Part shown: piece by piece, positions 33,722-41,495 of the stretch
How the letters are laid out: every line of letters starts with the position of its first letter
Numbering within the stretch: position 1 is the first letter of the stretch
Assembly (NCBI GenBank): GCA_048128005.1
Contig: JBEUKZ010000104.1
Location: 310,001 to 351,495, forward strand
Length of the DNA stretch: 41,495 nt
Source of the DNA: Veleropilina oligotropha
Lineage: Eukaryota
Direction of reading: 5' to 3'
Notes under the pieces: generated by a model
The model's database searches: none
What the model was told of the DNA's origin: nothing
The model's input: only the letters and a program-made list of their open reading frames with translations
Made by a program: the position numbers and the translations under genes

Positions 33722-34129
33722 CATAGTCATAGTCTAGTCATAGTCTATTGACTATGCTCTCGCTGGTCCGCCTACTTCTTTCCCGACTGGAATATCGTCT
33801 CTTTGAAATTTTCCAAACATTAATATGTATTTAATATATCAAATTTAGTTAAAAGTTAATTAAAATAAACTTTTAGAAGCGTTTGTGCAGTTAATAAATT
33901 AGCTACGCGGTGAATAAATTGGCATAAATTGGCTGAATATGGCTACGCGGAACTATTTGCTGTTTAACATCACTGTATTTCATATTTAAAACGTTGTTAT
34001 TAGCCTACCCTTTTCTTGAAAACACTTAACCATGTCATTTGCACTTCATTAAATTACAAACTGAAGCGAAATAATATGTATATTAACTATGTGGCGATCC
34101 GCCACATAGCGACCAGCGAGAGCAGAGAT

Positions 34130-35152
34130 ATAAGACTGGGGTCGTCGTTTCGTATCTCTTTGCCTGGAGAGTGGTCAGCTGCAACATTTCTGTACAGCTA
34201 TTATGCATTATATAAAGAGTATTTACATAGTTACCTCCCCTCGACCGCACAAGTGTATGTTGATTTGGCCGCAACATACCGGCCCCTTGATTGTGACTTG
34301 CATGGGGGCACAATTACAAACCTTATATAAAAGCCAAATCATCAATAATTATAATTAACCTTCAATATCTGCTTCTAATACCGGACATAGTTTTGCAACC
34401 GATCTTACAAGGGTGGACAATTTTGTCTGAAGCTTAACCGAACGAACAAAGCCTTTACTATCTCTAAATATTTCTAACACTCTGCCGAGAGACCAAGAGT
34501 TTCTTGGACTGTTGTCTACGACGAGGACGATGTCTCCAATGGCGATGTTCTTCTGTGGAGTAGTCCATTTATGTCTTTCCTGAAGCATGGGCAAGTACTC
34601 TGTAATCCATTTGCGCCAAAATAGATCAGCAAGATACTGGATCTGGCGCCACCTTCTTCTGACATACATGTCCTTTGGTTCAAACGATCCAGGAGGTAAT
34701 GTATCTCCTGCCTTGAGGAATATCAAATGGTTTGGTGTAAGAACTTGAAGATCATTCGGACTGTCTGGCATTTATGTTAAAGGTCTGCTGTTGAGCACTG
34801 CTTCCACTTCACACATTAAAGTATGTAGACCCTCGTCATCCAGACGAATTGTCTGCGTATGAAGAATAGAGTACAGAACTTTGCGTACTAGTCTTATAAT
34901 CCTCTCCCACACTCCTCCAAAATGTGACGCAGAGGGTGGATTGAACTCCCACGTAATGCTGTGTCTCAAAAGTGCGCCTTGAATCTTCTGGGTATTCCAC
35001 TTCTCAATTTCTTCTCTCAGTTCACGTTCGGCTCCAACAAGATTTGTTCCATTATCTGACCTTATGAGTTGAACTGGTCCTCGTCTAGAAATGAAACGTC
35101 GAATGGCTTGAATGCAGGAATCTGTGTCGAGCGATGCTGCAACTTCTAAATG
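34130..35152 (-). mobile_element. BEL/Pao LTR retrotransposon 3' fragment (integrase core, C-terminal domain, PPT, start of 3' LTR)
   Basis: RRFISRRG..SDNGTN..HFGGVWER..EVEAVLNSRPLT*..LTPNHL..FWRKWITEYL; stop at 34772; PPT AAGGGGCCGGTA then TG at 34276 (minus). Confidence 0.88.
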
Positions 35153-35605
35153 GCGATATTCGGCGTGGCAGGTTAATATTTGTCACATGCTATGAAAATG
35201 TATTGTAAATAGCAATCTGTAACCCCTTAAAAATGGAATTGCCCACGATAATAGGCCGTGCGCACATTTATCAAAACCATTCACACCTTTTCAGTCCATT
35301 GCTAAGCCCAAGAGCTAGGCTCCACTCGAGGGAATCCCATTGTTTGGGTAATTATCCTGAACGATGACGCACCTTGCTCTCCCAGTCCTATTGTTCTGAT
35401 ATCAAGCCCACGGTATGTATGTACAGCTATCATGGATTTAAGTAATATATAATAATGCAATGGCCGGGAGATCAATAAGAAACCCGGTAGGGCTTAAATA
35501 GATTAAATATAATTTGTTTGGGTTTAGAAAGCGCATTACTGTCACTCATATAAAAACCCAATGAAGTTGTCTTGTCCTTTATAACCTGCCCTGCTTATAA
35601 TGCTC

Positions 35606-36860
35606 ATCTAGGCGATTTTTAAATTGGTTACAGATGTCGATTCCACTACATTATTAGGAAGAGCATTCCATTCATCGACAACCCGATTCGAGAAAAATTG
35701 TTTTCTAACGTCTAGTCGGAATAGTTTTTTGTAAATCTTGTATTGATGCCCCCTGGTATGCCTAATTGATTCTTCTGAAAAAAGAAACTATTGTCAACGT
35801 TGTCTTTTCCTGTAAACATTTTAAACACCTGAATCATATCACCTCCTATCCTTTTCAAAGAAAATGTTGTGAGGTTCAGTGCTCTTAGTCTGTCCTCATA
35901 TATGGTAATTCCCTCAATTCTCCTTTCAATTTTGTGGCTCTTCTTTGAACTTGTTCTAGAATATTGATATCTTTGCAAGATAAGAACACCATGTTTCCAC
36001 TGCATATTCTAAATGCGGTCTATCCATTTGCTTGTATAGGCGAGTTGTGATGGCTTTAGATTTAAAATTAAAGTTTCTTTTTGTCATTCCCAATATTTGA
36101 TTTCCCTTTTTGGCTGACTCTACACATTGATTTGATGGTTTGAATGTCTCGTCTACCCATACACCTAAATCTTTTTCCTTGGCCACTTCTTGTAAAGTTT
36201 CTTAACCCATCTTAATATAATGGAGCTATAATTGTATGTGTGTATGTGTGTTTCAAGTTGAACTCCTCCCAGACGCCTTGACCTAGGACCTTCAAACTTT
36301 GGGGGGTTAATCGGGGTCCCCCAACTTAGGTTTACCACGAAAAAAAATCGGAAAATTCGGGGAAAAAAAAAAATATTTAAGGGAGCACTATCCAAAAAAA
36401 AAAAAAAAAAATTGGGGTGGGGGGACTTACCCGGCGAAGACGGGTACCAATGCTAGTTTCATTAAATATATGTATTGTTGTTATAACCCACATGCATTAC
36501 TTTACATATATTGGTGTTGAAAAGCATTTGCCAATCCTCAGACCATTTTACCACATTATTTAAGTCACTTTTAAGTTTCTTTACATCTTCTTCAGTTTCG
36601 ATAATTATGTACAGTTTGATATCGTCTGCAAATTTTTTTACTAGAGATGTAATGACGTCATCAATATCAGATAAATATATGAGAAACAACAATGGTCCCA
36701 AAACAGAACCTTGTGTGACTCCACTTAGTACCGGCTCCCACTTAGATTTTATCCCATTTATTACAACCATCTGTTTTCTATTTTGTAGCCACTTACATAT
36801 CCAATTTAATATAGGGCCTTTAATGCCATGGTTACTTAATTTTTATGCCACAGGACGATA
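35606..36860 (-). mobile_element. Degenerate CR1-type LINE RT fragment
   Basis: SGVTQGSVLGPLLF, KFADDIKL, EKDLGV, RPHLEYA, GDMIQVFK; frameshifts; interrupted by a Helitron. Confidence 0.88.
36210..36456 (+). mobile_element. Non-autonomous Helitron (247 bp)
   Basis: 5' TC, 3' hairpin ACCCGGCGAAGACGGGT then CTAG, inserted between A and T with no TSD. Confidence 0.85.
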
Positions 36861-36877
36861 GTATGTCCGCAGTTTTG

Positions 36878-38490
36878 GTTAAAGTTTTTCATGGAGTGTA
36901 TAAGGCTTGCTTAAGGGACTTTTGGGCATATATACTCTTTGGTATTGATTATATGTATATGGATGTTACCTGGTACTCTGGCAGTGATATTGAATAAAAT
37001 TTAATTTTATTATTGCAAATAAATTGATGTTTTTGAACATAGAAATCTGGTTAGAATTTCCGGTTAAAGTTTTTGGTTAAAGTTTTTCATTGGTTCTCAA
37101 TGGACATTTTGACATATATATGCGTTGGTATTGATTATATACATGCTACCTAAAACTCTGGCAGTGATAATAAATAAAATTTATTTTAATTTATGCATAA
37201 ATTGGTGTTTTTGAACATAGAAATTCTGGTTAGGATTTCCTGCTAAATTTTTTATTGGGTGTATATGGCTTGCTCAAGGGACTTTTTGGCATATATTTGC
37301 TTTAGTGTTGATTATATGAATGTTACCTGATACTCTGTCAGTGATATTGAATAAAATTTAATTTAAATTATGCAAATAAATTGGTGTTTTTGAACATAGA
37401 AATTCTGATTAGACTTTTTGGTTAAAGTTTTTCATTGAGTGTATATTGCTTGCTCAAGGGCCTTTTTGGCATATTATATCCTTTGATATTGATTATGTTG
37501 ATGTTACCGGATACTCTGACAGTGATATTAAATAGATTTAATTTCATTTATGCAAATAAATTGGTGTTTCTTGAACATAGAAATTATAATTCGAATTTTA
37601 GATTAAAGTTTTTTCATTGAGCTTGTATGGCCTGATTAAGGCAATTTTCGCCATATTAAATGTTATGCTTTGGTATTGATTATATGGAGGCTACCTGGTA
37701 CTCTGACAGTAATATTTAATAAAATTAAGTTTATTATTGCAAATAAATTGATGGTTTTTAACATATAAATTTTGGTTAGAATTTTCGGTTAAGTTTTTCG
37801 TTGAGTGTATATGCCTTGCTCAATAGAATTTTTGGCATATATATGCTTTGGTATTGATTATGTAGATGATACCTGATACTCGGGCAGTGATATTGAATAC
37901 AATTTAATTTAATTTATGCCAGGAATTGGATATTGTTTAACACAGAAATTCTGATTAGAATTATTGATTAAAGTGTTTCATTGAGTGTAATGTCTTGATT
38001 AAGGAACTTTTCGGCATATATTGGTACTGGTATTGATTATATAGATGTTACCTGGTACCCTGACAGTGATATTTAATAAAATTGAATTAATTATTGCAAA
38101 TAAATTGGTGTTTTTGAACATAGAATTCTGGTTATAATTTTAGGTTAAAGTTTTTCCGTGAGTGTATATGGACTGTTGAAGGCACTTTTTGGAATATATT
38201 TATCTGCTTTGATAATGTTATATGGATGTCTCATGGCAGTGATAGTGAATAAAATTTAATTTTATTAATGCATCAATTTGGTGTTTTTGGAAAGATAAAT
38301 TTGGTTAAAGTTTTTTGTTTAAATATTGTCAAGGAGTTCATATGGGTGATCAAGACGTTTTTGCATACACATACTTTGGTAGTGGATATATTAATGCTGC
38401 TTGCTACTCATCTGTGCAATAATCTAATGTAAATAATGTTTAAACTATTTGTATTTTTGACAATGAAAATTGGATTAAAGTTTTCAATGA
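36878..38490. repeat. AT-rich ~180-bp satellite, ~9 diverged copies
   Basis: gttaaagtttttcattgagtgtatat..ggtattgattatat..ttacctg.tactctg.cagtgatatt recurring near 37421, 37602, 37788, 37968, 38144. Confidence 0.92.
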
Positions 38491-40032
38491 GGTAATGTGG
38501 TAGTTCAGGCTTGCGCAATAATTTGTTGCAAAGATATGGGCCAGAATTCCTTAACTTTCCATTTTGGCGTCTACTTTTTCTCTCAAATTAAAGGTGTTAA
38601 ATAGTGGATATTTACACCTAATTTGAAAATATTAGTCTCCACAAACAACGTCCAAAGCAATCCGGACTCGGGCTTGATTTTTTTCCCCCTAATCGCTATG
38701 TGCAAGAAGTCCATGTCTGTTTAGATGTGTTATCCTTTACAATGTGTAATTCAATATGAACGTTGGTCATTCTAACAGTTTAATAATGATAACCTAAAGC
38801 AATAAGTTTATACATATTGATTCATAAATTTGCTTGTAAAAAACCCTAAAATTGAATACTAATGTATCAAACATGATATATAAATGACTGAAGTGTCCAA
38901 CATGTAATATTTCGTTTTCAAAAGCAAAAAATCCATACGACTTTCGTTTAATGTCAAAATCTAGGAACAGGCATAAAATTATAAATAATTTGATATATAG
39001 CATTATCCTAATGCCGATTAGATCAGGCATATTTGATTGTTTTGGACTGGTATTGGAATGTACAAACACGTCTCATAAAATAGTACTAAAATGTAAAGGA
39101 GAACACGTCAGTAAATTATTTTAATATAATCTTTTTATACTCGGTATTGATAAATCAGTGATTCATTGCCAAGGTAATTTTATAATGTTTGATTGATTCC
39201 ACTACATTTATTCCACTTTTATAATGCTGAACACATGAATCAATACAATAAATCATATCAAATGACCATTATCTATTTAATTTGACAGGAATTTGCAGTT
39301 AAAATGGATTTCAAAAAATTAGAACACACATGACTATTTAATGAGATCGACATAACTAATCGTGTGGCTTGTTCTTTAGAACAATAGGCACAATTCCATG
39401 TTTTATTCAGCATGTAGATGAACTTCATTGCTAATAAAAAGTGTAAAGGAGAACACCAAATTATAGTGTTATCTCAAATATGGATATATCCCGAGTAAAA
39501 TACACAGATTACAGTTTTCAAGCCTGTCGGGAATTGAGCTGTGAACACCCGACTAGAAAATCAGACCAGCTAGCTCATCGATGCAATATGTAACATATTC
39601 AATGGGCACAAAGAGTTCGTCCAGTTGTTGTGGCAATTTAATGTTGATTAATTTTGCATTTGTGTACTTCATGAAGGTGACATTTATATGTCGTTTTTTT
39701 CGGTGGACACGACTTGTCCAATATAGTGACGTTTTCGTTAAGAGCAACAACGAATGAATAAGAAGGAAAAGCCTTGCCTATAACCAATCAGTGAGGATAA
39801 GATCCTGGTGTCGTATTGCACTCATTGTCACTGCAACACTTGGAGCATGTACCAGATTAGTGGGATGATTAGATTCATCTTTGTGGACATGACTATATTC
39901 TGGAAATCTATGCTAAAGTTAAATACATCAACTAGATGTGCATGATGGAAAACCATAACAAGAGCATCGTTGCATATTCCATGAAATTGTATCCTCCTTG
40001 AAACTTTATAATCTCATCTTATCATTTGTATC

Positions 40033-40135
40033 TATGAAACTTAAATCTCAACATGACCTCTGAATCCATGAAACTTAAACCTCAACATGGCCTCTGAATT
40101 CATGAAACTAAATTATCAAGTTAACCTCTTAATCC
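40033..40135. repeat. 34-bp tandem repeat, ~3 copies
   Basis: atgaaacttaaa.ctcaacatg.cctctgaat.c. Confidence 0.75.
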
Positions 40136-40262
40136 TTTAACTTTGACATCGGCAGGCCAGAATAGGTGATCACTATATTCCTAAGGGACCCAATAAAACT
40201 ATGATTGGTTTATTTGCATGCTTATATGATCTACGTTAGATATTGATAATTTTTTGCAGCTG

Positions 40263-40476
<214 letters not shown>

Positions 40477-40699
40477 TTATTACCAATCATACCTATTGTG
40501 TTTAATGTAAAGACTTAAAGAATTGAATATATTTGTATCCTTCATCTAGTACATAGGGGTCATTCTACAATGCCAGATGGTCTTTAGCGAAGAAAGAAAA
40601 AAAATAAACTGAACGTCCTGCCATGGAGATCGTTCGATGATGGGAACACACATACATGTGTGCTGGCAATGTTGTTTGGACGAACCATCTAACTCTGAA

Positions 40700-41060
40700 T
40701 GTGACCTTACCAATTCCTATATTATAAAGAACATACCGGATCATTGCTTGTCCCCATTACCCCACCTCGCGTATTCTTCAATATACTGGCTTGTTTTCCT
40801 CGTGTTATACTTATTACCATTTCAACTATCAAGTTCGTTAGCCGATGCACCTACGCCATCACAGACCCCGTTTGCGGATGCCACCTACACCATCACAGGC
40901 CCCATTGCCATGTCCCCCTCCACGTAGATCCATGTAGTCATCATTCCGACAAACGAGTTATGAACTGTAACCTGCGACATCATTTTGTTGCGGTGTTGGT
41001 CGTCAGCAAGTCGCTGGCATCCTGCATTGTATTTTAATTCGAAATCAAAGTGGCACAGTT
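40700..41060 (-). pseudogene. Highly degenerate DNA-transposase relic (possibly Sola-like)
   Basis: QHRNK....WIYVExGHGNGACDGVGGIRKR across a frameshift resembles the QYRNK..WxxFExxHGKGPCDGVGGxxKR motif. Confidence 0.45.
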
Positions 41061-41495
41061 TTGTTAAAAGTCTTTTAATATAATTTTGATGTAGAGAATA
41101 AATGTTCCAAGAAAAACACATAAATATCGAAAGCAGTTTGCATTTTTAAACTAATGAAATGGATATGCAAGTCCTTTGTAGTGAAATGGTGTGCTCCTTT
41201 ACACATGGGTGTTCTTCTTTACATTCAGTATCTCTGCCTATCTACAATGTGTTTCTTTCTAGAAAACCTGTGAAACTCTCTACAAATCATGTGTGACTAC
41301 TCATTGATTGTTTGAGTGTATCAAACTTTGATTTCAATATACAGTGACAAAATAAAGCCACTAGAAGCGAAATGACCTGTTTATTAAAAAGCACGTGTTC
41401 GTCTGTTGGCGCGTAAACTGTAAATTGTTTCATGTAAACCAGTTCTATTTAAAGAGCATGAGCATACCACACTGGCACGTGATGAACACGTGTTT

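Overview
AT-rich eukaryotic (animal, probably marine invertebrate; inferred from TE families, spliceosomal introns and TTAGGG motifs) genomic window made almost entirely of mobile DNA, with no clear ordinary host gene. (1) 1-3.7 kb: minisatellites, a tRNA-derived head, a Harbinger-type MITE and an IS3EU-like element. (2) 3.85-10.5 kb: Polinton/Maverick-like segment with an AGTAGT candidate terminus, G-rich subterminal repeats with telomere-like hexamers, and an A32/FtsK-type packaging ATPase fused to two zinc fingers. (3) 10.5-19.5 kb: a virus-like accessory island with an intronless FADD-like (DED+death domain) gene, a head-to-head paralog pair (one a frameshifted RING gene), a 512-aa RING-variant gene, shared inverted promoter-like cassettes, 144-bp repeats and a long hairpin. 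This is the best candidate for an undescribed system: an apoptosis/ubiquitin host-manipulation module next to a Polinton. (4) 20.2-32.9 kb: a nested stack in which a Mag-clade Gypsy is split by a Mutator element encoding an apparently intact 8-exon PHD-FLYWCH-MULE transposase, which itself carries an intact 2A-bearing LINE and a MITE. (5) 32.9-41.5 kb: LINE, BEL/Pao, CR1, Helitron and transposase relics, a ~180-bp satellite and microsatellites. Family assignments come from motif recognition by eye, not database searches.
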